NCBI RefSeq assembly: GCF_009914755.1
Contig: NC_060931.1
From: the human T2T-CHM13v2.0 reference genome, Homo sapiens
Length of the DNA: 64,000 bases
Reading direction: 5' to 3' (one strand)
Every line of letters starts with the position of its first letter. Positions within the stretch are counted from its first letter, which is position 1. The notes beneath the pieces are model-generated. The model was given only the letters and a program-made list of their open reading frames with translations. It did no database searches and was not told the origin of the DNA. Shown in pieces: positions 26,479 to 39,862 of this stretch. The translations under genes and the position numbers were made by a program.

Positions 26479-27825
26479 TAGAAAGCTTACAGATCAGAAA
26501 AGCTCAGGTCAGTCCTGATAAATATTTTAAAATAAATACCTCTTAAATAGATAGGACATCTCATTCCTAACTCTATGTTATCACAGAAAATATTGTGCCC
26601 CTCAGGCAAGAAAAAGTTTAGTCTGTGGAAATCAAATTTCAAAGAGACTTATACAGAATCATACATGTGCTTTTTCCTGGTTGTTAGAATAAATCTGAAC
26701 TAATCATGCCCCATCCCCCTCATTTCTCCTAGCTTTTCATTTTTTCAGATGACTGAAAAGATTTATTGAGACCTTACGGCTGCTCACTGCCTAATAAAGT
26801 TCTCCCTCAGTCATCCTGCTAATTTGGTTGACTGGTCTATTTTTAAAAATTAGCAGTTTTCAGAAACAGCCTCCAGTATTGTGGCTGTAAAAAATCTGTT
26901 GAGAAGAAATAAAAGGCTAAAACAAAATTTAATACTGTAAGCAAGTATAAATTTTTTGGAATGATATACGATCCTGTGTTGTGGCAGTTTGGTCCCCGAG
27001 GCAGGAAAGAAAGCAATCTGGTTTTCTGAAACATTCAAATTTCTCACCTAAGCTCAGCTAAGAATACATCATTATGGGAAGCAGAGTGGAAACGCACCAT
27101 TTTATCCTTTAATTTACAGTGTCAGTGGGAACAGCACAACACAGAGTCAAGAGTTCAAAGAGAGAAAAAGATCTGGCTTATGGTGGATATAAACTTAATT
27201 TCTTTGAACCAGGAGTCTAGGCCCTGCTGTGTAGATTTAACAATAGGCATTCTAGACTTCTTTTACTGGCCCTTTATTTTAGAAATAGGATAAAATATTC
27301 ATGTTAAAAAACCCACTAAATATCCACTTGGTAAAAGCCCGATTCAAGAAACATTTTTTGTTGGATAATCAAGTATTTTACTTGTTTTAAGACAGAACAA
27401 CTTCAGATTGTCCTTCATTTAATATAAAAGGTCAATTCTGGTTTCTACCTCAGTTGTGATATTAATCTCTCCATTTCATTCTAAATCCTATTAAGAGAGT
27501 AGAAGCTTAACTTTATCATATTAATGCCAAGATCTGGGCAAGCATTTATCTAGATATAAACAAGGATATATGCCTTTCAGAAGGTTATATCCTCATTGTG
27601 ATAATGAAGAAAGGGGCTTATATGTTAACTACTGTGATTCCACAAGACAGAGTGTTTGGGAAGCCCCCTTTCACATTTTTCTAACCTGATAAGCAAGAAA
27701 ACATAAGAAGAAATTATTTTGAAATACAAAAAAAAAGAAAACAACGAAAATGTGGCTCAAGTATAGGCTACTTTCAGCAACCAAACTGCCTTGTACTGGA
27801 CCTAAGAGGCATCTGCTGTTCCAAT

Positions 27826-28010
27826 GGGTCTCAAACCAGGCGGTTTGTTAAGATCACCTTGGGCAGGGGTTGGTTTTTAGAAATACTCATTACTCAGATG
27901 ACCCCAACACAGAGATACTGGTGAAATTTTCTGGGTGGGGACCCTGGCATGGGTGTTTTTTATTAGTTCCCAGGTGGTGTTTATATTCAGCCAGGCTTGA
28001 GAATCACTGG
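27826..28010. mobile_element. MER5-type hAT-Charlie MITE
   Basis: GGTCTCAAACC...AAGATCACCTTGG...TCCCAGGTG...TTGAGAATCACTG. Confidence 0.75.
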
Positions 28011-28929
28011 CATGTCTGACTCCAATTCACCAATCTATCAATTAAGCAAGGAGCAACATTCAGGTTAAATAAACAGCTTAGAGTATCAGAGGCTCAACTC
28101 TGAGAATGCCATGTAGCCCTCATCCGTACCCCACTCCATGAGTGGCTGTACTCTTTTATTTACTCAATTGTTCCACCAAACAAATACATTGTTTTGATAT
28201 TTTAACTATTGCTGGAACAAAGCATTAAGTTATTCAAGCAGGCGAGAAATTCAGTGGAAAAAAATCATGTGTTAAATAACTTGCTTGGCTAAACTGACAG
28301 TTGGTTTCTGCTGAATATTGAGTCAGGAAACCCTTACCCAAATCCTCTGTTGATGAAATAATATATCACTGTACCACTGAATCTCTCTGTCTTTTAAAAT
28401 ATATATATATAATTGAATATGAGCAAATCTCTGCATTTATATTTTCTTCCAAAAAAGTACTGTTCCTGTTGTCAAATTGGAACATATTGTACTTCCTATA
28501 TATATCACCCACAAGTCATTTTTAAACCTGGATCACTGTCTATCCTGAAATAAAAGGTCTACTACTAGGAAGGGGCGGCTTTATCCTCCTCCATTCCTCA
28601 AAGCTTCAAATTCCCATCTGCTATGCATTGCTAAAGGGCCTGGTGATGAATTTCCCATTGCTTTTGCATTTAAAAAAAATAAAACTAAAAGAATTGGTCA
28701 AAGAAAAGAAAATCCTTTGTCTATGACTTATATGAAATCTAAGTATATTTAGAATATAGTCCAATCTCATTTGTACTGGCAATGTGTTACAAGTCTTTTT
28801 GTATACTAAGGAATCTCTTTGTAATCCATTTGACCAAGCAGCAGGATCCAATATGAGACCGCTCTTGGTGCTCCTCCAAATGGGTGCAAAACCACTAGAG
28901 CATTTTGATTCACAATGTGGGGAAGATGT

Positions 28930-29032
28930 TATATATGTAAAGCACACATATATGTACATGTGTATATATTTTACATGTACATGCATGTATGTGTGTATAT
29001 ATGCATATATACATATTACACATGATGTATAT
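28930..29032. repeat. Alternating purine/pyrimidine (TA/CA/TG) low-complexity tract
   Basis: Read directly from the sequence. Confidence 0.85.
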
Positions 29033-30544
29033 AGAAAATCTGGCAGGCTAGTAACCCAGTGTATCCTCTCCTGTGAGGACACAGAAAAAGATAAAAACCA
29101 AAAACACGATAAAAAGCTAATGGTCACAACCTATAGTAAGAATCTAAAAATTCCACTAACAATCAGGCTTTTGGAACCAGATTAAGGAAACTAAAAATGG
29201 CTGGCCTAAATAAACTTCACTCCCACTGCCCCTCACTGCCTGACAAAAAATAGTAGGAAGATATTATTTTTTTCTTTCTTTTTTTTTCCCTCCCTTCATC
29301 TTACTAACTAGAGAATCAGGTTTATTCTACAAAAAAAAAAAAAGAAAGAAAAAAAGAAAAAACTGAAGAGCTGTTCAGTTTTTCCATGATGGCTCTGAAT
29401 TTCCTAGTTTCTAAACCTGTTTCTTTTTTTTAAATGCTGGCAAAAGTGAGGTACATTTGTGTTGTTATGAGTACTACATGTGATTAATCTATGCAAGGCC
29501 TTTAGTTAGTGCTTAGCATAGAATATTTACTGTATAATTATTAACGATTAATATTGCACTGCAAGAAGCATACTTTCATAAGCAGACATTTTACTAATTT
29601 TTACATCTACTCAGAGATTAAAAATTACAGAAAACTGAGATAAGCCACAAATTTATAAAGAAAAGACCCACTACCAGTGGTTCAATAGAACAGGCTCAAT
29701 AGAGCAGTGCCTGGTAGGGTGGAGGTGCTCAACAATTATTTGCAGAATTAATGATAATAGGTCTTGATAGAGAGGGAAAGAAAAAAGAAAGAGCTTGGTG
29801 ATGGTGCGTGTTGAAAGAGCAGTTTTCTGGGTACTGTAGAAGTTCAGCTTGCTGGAGACAATCATACCTCAGTACAGCAGAGAGGTGCTGGGTGCTTACT
29901 TGTCAAGAACAGTTTCAGAAGGGTGCATATCTATCGGGGTGAGGAGTAGGGGGAAGGGGTGTCTATGAAAGGAATCTGCTCAATCTGCAAGTAGAGAGTA
30001 AAATCCGTCATTTGTCTCTTGATGAGTACGGAGGCTGGATAAATTTTCATTATTGGAGTATAGGTAAGAGGGAAAAAAATTAATTCAAACTTTTTAAGAA
30101 ATTATAAAGACCAAGGGAATAGAACATCATTTTGAAGATGATTGCTGGCAAAATCATACCTCTGAAAAGTATTACCATCAGAATCCCGCATTATTAATCA
30201 TTCGACATACATAAAATCATGAGCTCTATGTGACATCGGCAGAGACTTGTAAGAGAACAAATTGAACTGTGGAGTGATATTGCTGTAATAATAACAATAT
30301 ATGTAACAGTTACAGTAAGAAGTATAATTATGATTATTAATAATGTGGCAAGTACGTGTATTTGATCCTATCAAAAATAAAATGCATCAATAACGGTAAT
30401 GATTATGTCACTGAAATACAGTTAAAATTATGAAATTATCTTGCAATTGTTATATTTCCTAATCATAGCATATGCAAGTCAAGTGCCTGCCACTTCTGTT
30501 AATGTCAGATATGACTGAGGGGTGATGCTCAACTATCAATAACA

Positions 30545-30870
30545 GCAACAATGTCAGCTGTCCTTTCTATGTGTATTGAGCATTGTTACCACTAATGTCA
30601 TGGCAATTCTAAATGTAGATAACTACCTCTTCTCTAGAGATGATGAAACTGTGGCTCTGAAAGGTCAGGCAATTTACCTAGAGATAATGATGCAGGAAAA
30701 AGCTGTGTCTGTGGCCAGGACACTTCTGCATTTTCACTGAAGTGACCTGCACACACACAACACTCTCTGAAACTCAGGTTTCTATTTTGCATAATGGAAA
30801 CATGAACACATTCATTGCAGTGCTATTTTGAAGACAGAATGAGAAAGGCAGTGTGAAAGTGTTTTTAAAC
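30545..30870. mobile_element. Two MIR fragments in opposite orientation (minus ~30545-30720, plus ~30740-30870)
   Basis: AGATGATGAAACTGTGGCTCTGAAAGG (antisense core) and CTCTCTGAAACTCAGGTTTCTATTTTGCATAATGG (sense core). Confidence 0.6.
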
Positions 30871-31536
30871 ATTTCCGTGCTGTTGGATCACACTCTCTGT
30901 GATGACACCTAAGCATCTGCATTTCCCAAAGATTCATAGGTGATTGTTAATTTTCAGCCACCATTCGGAAATGCCTTTTGAAGAGAATCTGGCATGAGCC
31001 ACTCAGTCTCACTTACTCCCAGAGTTTGATTTATATAGTATTCTCACTTTTAGTTATGGCAATACAAATACTAGTCATCATTTCAGGCTGTTCTCTCAAA
31101 CTTTGAATCGCTAGGCTAATTACAGCCTACATAGCAAAATAAGGCCCCTCCATCCACAATCCTGGCATGGATTAGCAATGTTGGCCCACCTGCTCCCTGA
31201 AAGAAAAGTGTTCGGAGCTGGTGGACTAGTGGCCACTTTTCAGGGAGCTGGGCAGTTGGAGATCCCATACCAGAAGGATGGCAGCTGGGAAATTCAGTAT
31301 AGACCCAGCAGGATGGAGGAAGGGCAGAAGGTTGTTCAGTACTTCTTCCTTACAAAATCTTTAGGAAAATCATTAAGTTTATGAAATGCTAAATATGAAA
31401 AAAGGAGTGAGGGGGTGGATCCTCTCATCTGGGCCTGACATATGTAGCAGGGTTGAAATGGTTAATTTCTAATGCAGATATGCCAAAATCTGTACCTGCT
31501 TTCTATAAGTTGTCTAAGTATCCTCATGAGTCTTAC

Positions 31537-32333
31537 CATTCTGGCTGGTAGAAAAGAACATAAAGTTCTCAAGCTTCTTTTAAAATTTAAAACTTTTTGT
31601 TGTTTTTCTTGAAAACATTTCCAAAGAATCTCAAGAAACTCTGCAATGAATTAAAATTCCAAATCCAACTTTGAGCTGTTTTTTCCTTTTCTTCTTCCTT
31701 CATCCACACAGTTATCCTCAGGAGATTGGCGAAGTCCTCCTCTTCCTGGCCTGTCATCTGGGTTTGCGCTGGTTCCACCCTCAAGTGGAATGGTGGTTCT
31801 CATCTTTTCTGTGGGCATCTGGCATTGGTGGCTACTGAGGCTTTTTTATCCCACTTGTTTGTATATATTCTGTATTAGCAGCTCCAATTGCTGAAACTAT
31901 CCACTGGGAGAACCATAATATCCCCATCCTTTCCATCCTGTTTTCTGGACTCTACCTCTTCTTTCACAGATGCTGTAAAACAGGCTCAGAACCTTCTTCC
32001 GTCTGCCCTCCACCTCGCTCTGCTTTCTCTGGGCTTTCTCACCCACAGCCCAGGCAGTGTGGTTATTCCACTGTCTGTGAAGGTAGCTCCAAGGGCAGCC
32101 AACTGGCCCTCAACACAGCTATTTTTCTTGTACCCATTAAAACACTGCAAGATTGGAAACTTTCTTCTACTCCGGGAGTCAAGATAGAATATCAGAGTAA
32201 AGTCATCTTACTGTCGTTTTTCGTCTGCTTAGGTTGTTCCTTGTTTACAGGGAGCACACTTCAAGGCAGTCTGTCCCAGGTCTTATTCTGCATTGAGACC
32301 CTCTTCAGACATTTCTGAACTGCTGCTATATAG
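31537..32333 (-). promoter_or_regulatory. Candidate minus-strand promoter and first (or internal) exon ending in ATG plus splice donor
   Basis: Repeat-free purine-rich block. Minus strand has CTATATAG (32326-32333), a GTAAACA forkhead site (32242-32248), and GCCAGAATG|GTAAGA (ATG 31539-31537, GT 31536-31535). Motif evidence only. Confidence 0.4.
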
Positions 32334-33504
32334 TGTCACTGCCTGCTGAATATGGGACTTCTCTCAGCAGCTCATGATCAACATATATTGCACCTTGATA
32401 AGAAAGAAGTAAATTGCCTACAACAGGGCTTTCCCAGACTTATTTGTTCAGTTTTCACTACCTTATTGTTTTGATGCCAAAGGGAGGCCTTGGTGTCTGA
32501 CTTCTGGCTTCACTCTTCTCTGTTCCAGCCACCTTTCCTAAACCAGAAGGGCATTGATAAACTTCACCTTCCTGTATTATGAAATTTCCCTGATTAGTCT
32601 CGTTGCCTTCTCCAAATGTATCTTTCACCCTTCTTTTAACTTGGGACCAGAACACTGGGAGGGTTGAAGGTGAATACAATTTATTCATCAGTTCAAAGCT
32701 ATCTAAAAGATTTTCCTTTTACATTAGATTTCATGCAAGAATTTAGGAGAGGCAGTTCTTTGGAGATGTCAGAAATTAATTGTCACTCCACATCTTCAGC
32801 TATCTCCCAAAGTAAGAGCATGCTGCCCTCTTAAAATCAAGACGCATAGTTTATAGCTAAATAAATGAATGCTTGGACATTGTTGTTTTCTCCCATAAAG
32901 CTGTGTATCGTGTCTCTGAATGGTCTGAATGCAAGAATCTACCCCATTTAAAATGGGACACAGTTGAAACTGGACTAACTGGTCTTCTTTTACCTTCCTT
33001 GACAGGCAGGAATTATTTCTGTCTCTGGAAGAAACCATTACAGTCATACTGCATTACTGGCTCTTGTAGCAGAATGATACATTTTATTGCCTTGTTTACT
33101 AACCCTTCTTGTTCTGGTACGCACTGCTGGCATTTTAAAATTTGGCTTTCTATCAAAGCCAAACTGCTTCTTTTAGTGGTTTTCTTTATTTTCTATCAGA
33201 GCATTTTAACCCAACTCGAACAAAACCAGATATAAAACTTTTGAATAGAGAGATCCTCACAACCTTTGTAAGACAAATGTGCTTTGTTGCTCATTAGGTT
33301 TAGCTATAAGGTACTGTCTCTAGTTCTTCTAAAGGGATAAAAACATAAAATTGGTAGATTATCCTATAGGCCACTCAGAAAATGGCTAATTACTTTGTAA
33401 TTTTCTCTAAATCCTGGCTATCACAGTGACATTGACAAATTATTTTCACTTTTGTTAGATTGATGACAAATTTGATGCTTGTTTTAATATAAACTTGAAT
33501 ATAA

Positions 33505-33710
33505 GGGTAGTGGTTAAGAAGTGGGCCTTGAAATCAGATCATTGACATTCAAGTCTCAACACTGCCACTGTTGGGTCTGTGATCCTGGGCACACTAATAA
33601 TGTCTGTAGTAAGATTACCATCTACAAAATGTAGATAATATTTACCACTTGATAGAATTGAACTAAAACGACATGAGATAAAGTATGTATAGAATCTGGT
33701 TCAGCATAAG
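33505..33710 (+). mobile_element. MIR SINE
   Basis: GTAGTGGTTAAGA...CTGTGATCCTGGGCA...CATCTACAAAATG. Confidence 0.7.
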
Positions 33711-34590
33711 ATCTCCATGGAAAGAGTGAATATGTTATCTAATGGTTTGTCAGATACAATTTGCAACAACTAATTAAGATGGTGATATCAGCATTACCAT
33801 GTAAACCAATCACCACAAATTAAAGTGGTAGAATATTTTGGTCACATTCACTTCTGTTAAAGGTCGTAAACCTAGTTCTAGAAGCCAAGAACAGATTTTG
33901 TAGGAAAAAAGACATATTTGATATGGAGCTGTAGAGTTTCTTGAAGTGTCTCTTGAATTGTATTCCCTGATTAATAAACAGTGCCTTCCTACGCATGGAT
34001 TTGATTTCATCTTCTACTTCATACTCAGAGTCCACAAATCCCCTGTAAGACATTTGAACCTAGCTACTAGAAAAAATAATACGAAGCATAAAAACTAATG
34101 AAGTTACAAATAAATTAACAGCTTACTTGACAATAAATGTGAAGTCAAGTTTAGTCTACCTCTTAATCTAAGGAAAATTAGTAAGAGACATTTTTGTCTG
34201 CACAGCTTTGACATTGAGCTATGTTTGTGCTTTCATGCAATGCAGATTTTGCTAGTTTATTTCCACAGTTAATATCTGCCTCTACCATAGATTTGGCCTG
34301 AAAAAATATTTCAAGGAAAAGTTTACTAAAAAGGGTAACAAATTGATTTCATTTTATAGTGAAACTTCAGAATCATTTCTCTCTTCCTGTTCTTTTTCAA
34401 AGGGGTACATGCATAATTCGTTTACTTTGTATTGCATATTTTTATATTCTTTTTCCTCTCCTTATGCTCTTCACTGCTATGTTTATATTTATATAACAGG
34501 TGCAAACTGAGCATATAATGGAGTGAAAAATGCAGTAATATGGCTCACCCCTTCCATCTGGGTTACTAGAAATGCAGCTTGCCAACTCAC

Positions 34591-34616
34591 TTCCAAAGTA
34601 CAGAATATTTTGCCAC
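34591..34616 (-). other. Candidate 26-nt micro-exon
   Basis: Minus strand TCTTTCCTAG|GTGGCAAAATATTCTGTACTTTGGAA|GTGAGT, flanked by five TGCATG motifs. Confidence 0.3.
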
Positions 34617-35818
34617 CTAGGAAAGATATATTGGAATGAATATAAAAAATATAACATGCACATGCACATGCAAACACTTATGTAGCCAAGGCCACAGATA
34701 CGTGATGCCTGCCTGCGACAATATTTCTGAACAGTCATTTAATCAACAATTATATTTGAGGAATTAATATGTTCAGAAATGTGACATACAGTGATGATAC
34801 ACTTGTAATAAACACAGGAATTCTGCCTTCGTGGTGACTCCAGTGCCAGTATCACCCATTTAATTTCCAGCTACTATTACTAAGTACTTCAGCAACTATT
34901 TTACTATAGACATTTTCCAAGCTGAAGGTCTCTCGCAGGGTTTTCTCTGTAACTCAGTTCTACTGGAATTCTCCCATTGCCTCTTAGCACAGCAACACTG
35001 TACTGTAAGCATGCTACGAAGACCTGTTCTCTGGTTGTAGACTGCACCATTCGTTGAAGTGACATTACTCTCTTCATGAATGTGCTAGACCTGGCCCAGT
35101 TGCCATGCTAGAGCACGTTTTCCCCTGGCTTGCGGGGAATAAGCAAATTGACCTTCTCAATCATTTTGACAGCTACACCTTTCTTTTGTTGTTGTTGTTT
35201 TAATTTCCTCTTACATTTCTGGATTCTTCTACTTTCCTCTTTCTCCTATGTTATTTTCCCATTTCTATCTTGACTCTATTTTTTTTTTTAGAACTAGTTA
35301 ATTTTATTTTAGAAGTAAAGGAATATTACAAAAATAGCACCTGTTAATTTCCCTCTTTATATCACAATTATCCTAGGTGTATCAATAATTAATTGTATTT
35401 TTAAAAATGAATAAGAAAATATCTTCTAGGTCTGAAATTGGAAGATCACATAATTAAACTTGTATGTAGTTATAATGCTTCACTAAATGGAAAGAAGAAA
35501 CAAAATAAAAATTAAGCTGAATTCCTTAAACATATAATATATCCTTAAATTTAAAATATATTTTACAAACTTTGACCTCCCAAAGATAGAAAAATCTATC
35601 CAAACTTCATTTGTATAACATTCTCTTATGTCTCAAAGATAGGGATTCCCATCTATTAGAGATCAAATGGAAGAAAGAAATAGGATTTCTTCATGTTCCA
35701 ACAGATTTATATAACTTTGAAAAGATTACATTTTTGTGTTTCCAAGATTTTGATGGTCAATTTAATTTGGATTTGACTCTTAAAAGTTTAACTGACAAAG
35801 CTAAATTAAAATGTTTAA

Positions 35819-36215
<397 letters not shown>

Positions 36216-37519
36216 CAACGTACTTTTTATTGGCAAGTTTCCTTTGCATTTCTAATATTACTCCTGGTGAGGGGAAAATTCTCTAAAGGAAATGTCTTCA
36301 TTGTCAAATGCACCTGATGAATACAGAAAAATCCTAGACTGGTGTTTTAAGTTGGTCATGTTTTCTCAAGCTTTCTTTGATGTAGACAGTGGTTTCAGAG
36401 TAAATCCTCCAGTGTTTCTCGTTGTCTTCCTTACAGTTTGTTTCATGTTTCCTTTCCCTAAGCCAGTGCTATTTTACTGTTTTGATCATACGCCACTATC
36501 TGTCAACATTTCATACAAACCTATAACACAAAAGGACACCAAATTCCTAGGATATAGCACGTAGTTTATATCTCTCACCCTTTCCTCACATCCCCTGCCA
36601 TTGTTCAGTTACACCCTTTGTAAGCAGACCCTTGACAGTTTGCCCCTGTGGCCTGCACTGTACCATTCAAATATCATTCAGCCGGTCAGTCAACTTGATG
36701 AATTTTAACATGAGCCTCGGAATAACAGTTTTTTAGTCTTTACATTAGAACATTCTTCAGACTATTAACATCTGCAGAGGGGAAGAATGGCCATAAAAGC
36801 TGGGCATATCAACATTTCAACCACTACTATTAACAGTGCCAAAGCTCTGGTATCAAGTACAATGAATTGTGAATAGACTATTAAAAGCTGACAGCAAATT
36901 AATATTTGAAACAAATATAAAAATTTAAGAATATGAAAACATGAGAAAATGTTTATCCATATTTATAAGATACTTTGTATCAAGGAATTATTTAATTCTA
37001 GTAAAAAAATGTCAATATTTTTAAATCAAAAATCAGGATTCTTGTTTTGTTTTCTACTAGAATAATTTCTCATTCCATTGCTGCTGTGACTCTTATCTAA
37101 ATTGACAAAAATGCCTACATCTCTCTCTCTCCTTTTCATCTTTGACATTTATGAAAAGTCGTTCAAGACTATCATTTTTGTAGTGATAGTATCCTTCTGT
37201 ATGATCATAAAATTGTGACTTTCTATTGTGTATAACAATAGGGTACATATATAGAGTAAATCTGGCAAACTCTAGCTGATTCAATTGGTTTACATCTTAT
37301 ATGAAAGTTTGGGGAATAGGAAAATGTATACATGTAAAAAAATTCCTGTTAAATTATCAGAACTATAATTTTAATTTGAATATTATAATCACTTGAACAT
37401 AAAGTACATTTACCATATTCCATTTGATGGAATAAATATAAGACATCTGCCAACTCATTCTTTAAAAATCAATGCTATAATTGTGATTCCAAAAAACCAA
37501 GTCAACACATAACTACTTT

Positions 37520-38070
37520 AGTTAATCATTTGATGACTACTAACAATACTTACTCTTCTATTGTTTAAGATCTAACATGAGCCAAATGCAATGGAACAAT
37601 CAATTCCAATATGGTGTAATAAATGCTATAATGAAACAGGTGCGAATACTATGGAAACAGAGTTAGAAGATGACTAAGTGTTAACTAAGGTGAAACCATA
37701 GCATTAGGGACCAGAGTAGGAAATAAGCGTTAGGAGAAACAAGTGAAGAATGTTTCACTCAAAGAGACACCATGACTAGCAGTCTGAAAGAAAGATCATA
37801 TTTAAGACACTGGATATTTGTTTGCTTTTCTAATAAAGTTGATGTAGATGTGGCAAGTGGCAGATGGCAAAAGACTGAAGAATTAAATAGGGTCAGATTA
37901 CAAAGCTTTAACTTATGATAAGGCACTTTGGACTTTATACTAAGGTCAATACTAAAGAGTAAGTGAATCAGTGAACTTTGGCTCTAGGAGGAAGGCAAGA
38001 CCAGCACAGTGCATAACATTTAGGTATTATTAAAGTAATCGAGTTCAGAGATATTTTCTGAACAAATGAG
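37520..38070 (-). mobile_element. L2 LINE fragment
   Basis: ATAAATGCTATAATG...GGTCAGATTACAAAGC...TTTGGACTTTATACT is antisense L2. Confidence 0.6.
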
Positions 38071-38774
38071 CAGCAATGGTTATAGATTTTCAATCAAAAG
38101 AAAATTGAAATCAATTTAAAACTTAGTTTCTTTTAATTCTGGGCTGTGATAAAATACATAAATACCCCTTAAATATGCCTTAAAGGTCCTTTATTTTTAC
38201 CTCTCCAATTGTTGCTCTTTGCTACTCCTGATTTTCCATCACAAAACCCCAAAATAAGGAATTGAGATGTTGCCGGGTCCTAAGGAAATAAGTGCATTGG
38301 GATAATTGTCAAGAAGTTGGGAAGAAGGGAGAGGCTCAGTCCTAGAGAGAAGAAAACTAGTTCAGTGTTGTATCTTTTGAATGTTAGGTTTGTATAGAAG
38401 AGCCAAACTCACGGTGTGGTACACAGACCTCTAGGGGGTCCCTAGGACATTTCAGGGAGTCCACAATATCAAATCTACTTTCATAATATTATTAAGATGT
38501 TATTTCTTTCCAAGATGTTGACCTTTTTACTGATGGTGCAAAATCAGTGGTGGGTGAAGCTATTGGCAGTTAAACAGTAATCAATTGTTGTAGTCATTGT
38601 ATTCATCACTTACAATAAATAAATAAACAAAAAACAGTTCACTTAACAATGCCCTTGATAAAGAAGTAAATTACTAATTGTATTAAATGTCAACCCTTGA
38701 GTACCTGTCTTTTTAATCTTATGACCAAACGGAAGTTACACAAAAATAGCTTTTGCTGCATGCAAACCATCTCC

Positions 38775-38855
38775 AGGAAGGAGGAAGAGGTGGAGGAGGA
38801 GTGGGGCAGGGAGAGGGGGTTGGAGAGGGGGGAAGGGGAAGAGGAAGAAGAAGAA
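38775..38855 (+). repeat. Purine/G-rich low-complexity tract with G-quadruplex motif
   Basis: G-runs at 38803-06, 38809-11, 38815-19, 38827-32 and 38835-38. Confidence 0.85.
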
Positions 38856-39352
38856 CACCTGTGTTATTGTCTCGGTTGTGAGTTGAACTCGTCAGTTTTT
38901 CCATGGAGTGCCATTATTGTGTGAAAGAACTAGTGAGTGACAAACTATGGTGATTTAGATTTGGGTATTTGACAGACATGTCAATATTGAATAAGATGAA
39001 CCTCTCACTTCACAGAAAACCACTGATAGTATTTGTTGCCAATGATAAAATTTAAATGTTCAAGTAAAAATCAGAAAGTTGGAAAATTAGTGTCTGCCAC
39101 CATAAGCTTGACATCTAATAGAGACTTTCTTGATGAGATTGGAATGACGTTTTAAAAAAATATATTATTTTGATTTAGTATAATCAAATAAGTCAATATT
39201 TGGAAGATGCACATAACATAGTGAACTAATATGTTCAAAATGATCTATGCATGATCATGCATGGATAAAAAATCCATTCAAAGAGAATGCTATACCAGCA
39301 GATTTTAATATTACACAGTTCTGTGTTCTGTGTTACTGACTTAAGAGTTCTT

Positions 39353-39692
39353 TGTATTAGTTTCTTAGAGTCTGCATAAAAAGTACAACAGCCTGGGAGG
39401 GTTAAACAACAGAAATTTGTTTTTTCACAGTTCTGAAGGCTAGAGATTTGAGATCAAGGTGCTAGCATGCTTGGTTTCTTCTTAGGCCCCTCTCCTTGGC
39501 TTGCAGTCTTCTTAGGACTTCTCCCTGTGTCCTCACATGGCCTTTTCTCTTCGTGTGCCTCCCTGGTGTCTCTCCTTCTTCTTATAAGGACACCAGTTCT
39601 ACTCTAGAGTGCAACTATTATGACCTCATTTAACCGTAATTCCCTTAGAAGCCCTGTGTTCAAATATAGTCATGTTTAAGGATAAGACCTCA
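39353..39692 (-). mobile_element. ERVL-MaLR solo LTR, MLT1A/MLT1B-like, one terminus missing
   Basis: TGTATTAGTTTC...TTAAACAACAGAAATT...TCTTATAAGGACACCAGT...ATGACCTCATTTAAC. Confidence 0.9.
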
Positions 39693-39862
39693 CCACTTAA
39701 GGTCTCGAGTTTGAGACCAGCCTGGCCAACATGGTGAAACCCCATCTCTACTAAAAATACAAAAATTACCTGGTATGCACCAGTAATCCTAGCTACTCGG
39801 GAGGCTGAAGCAGGAGAATCACCTGAACTGACAGAGCAAGACCCTATCTTAAAAAAAAAAAA
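39693..39862 (+). mobile_element. Rearranged Alu (5' part and ~55 bp of right arm missing)
   Basis: GAGTTTGAGACCAGCCTGGCCAACATGG...GGAGAATCACCTGAAC|TGACAGAGCAAGACC plus A tail. Confidence 0.9.

Noticed and set aside
28621-29185. 168-aa and 133-aa overlapping ORFs
   Set aside because: They are open largely because of a stop-poor TA/CA low-complexity tract, and both use non-ATG starts.
38697-38924. Acidic 75-aa ORF or possible domesticated transposase
   Set aside because: The Charlie1a transposase is full of stops and frameshifts, and the E/G-rich run comes from the purine tract.
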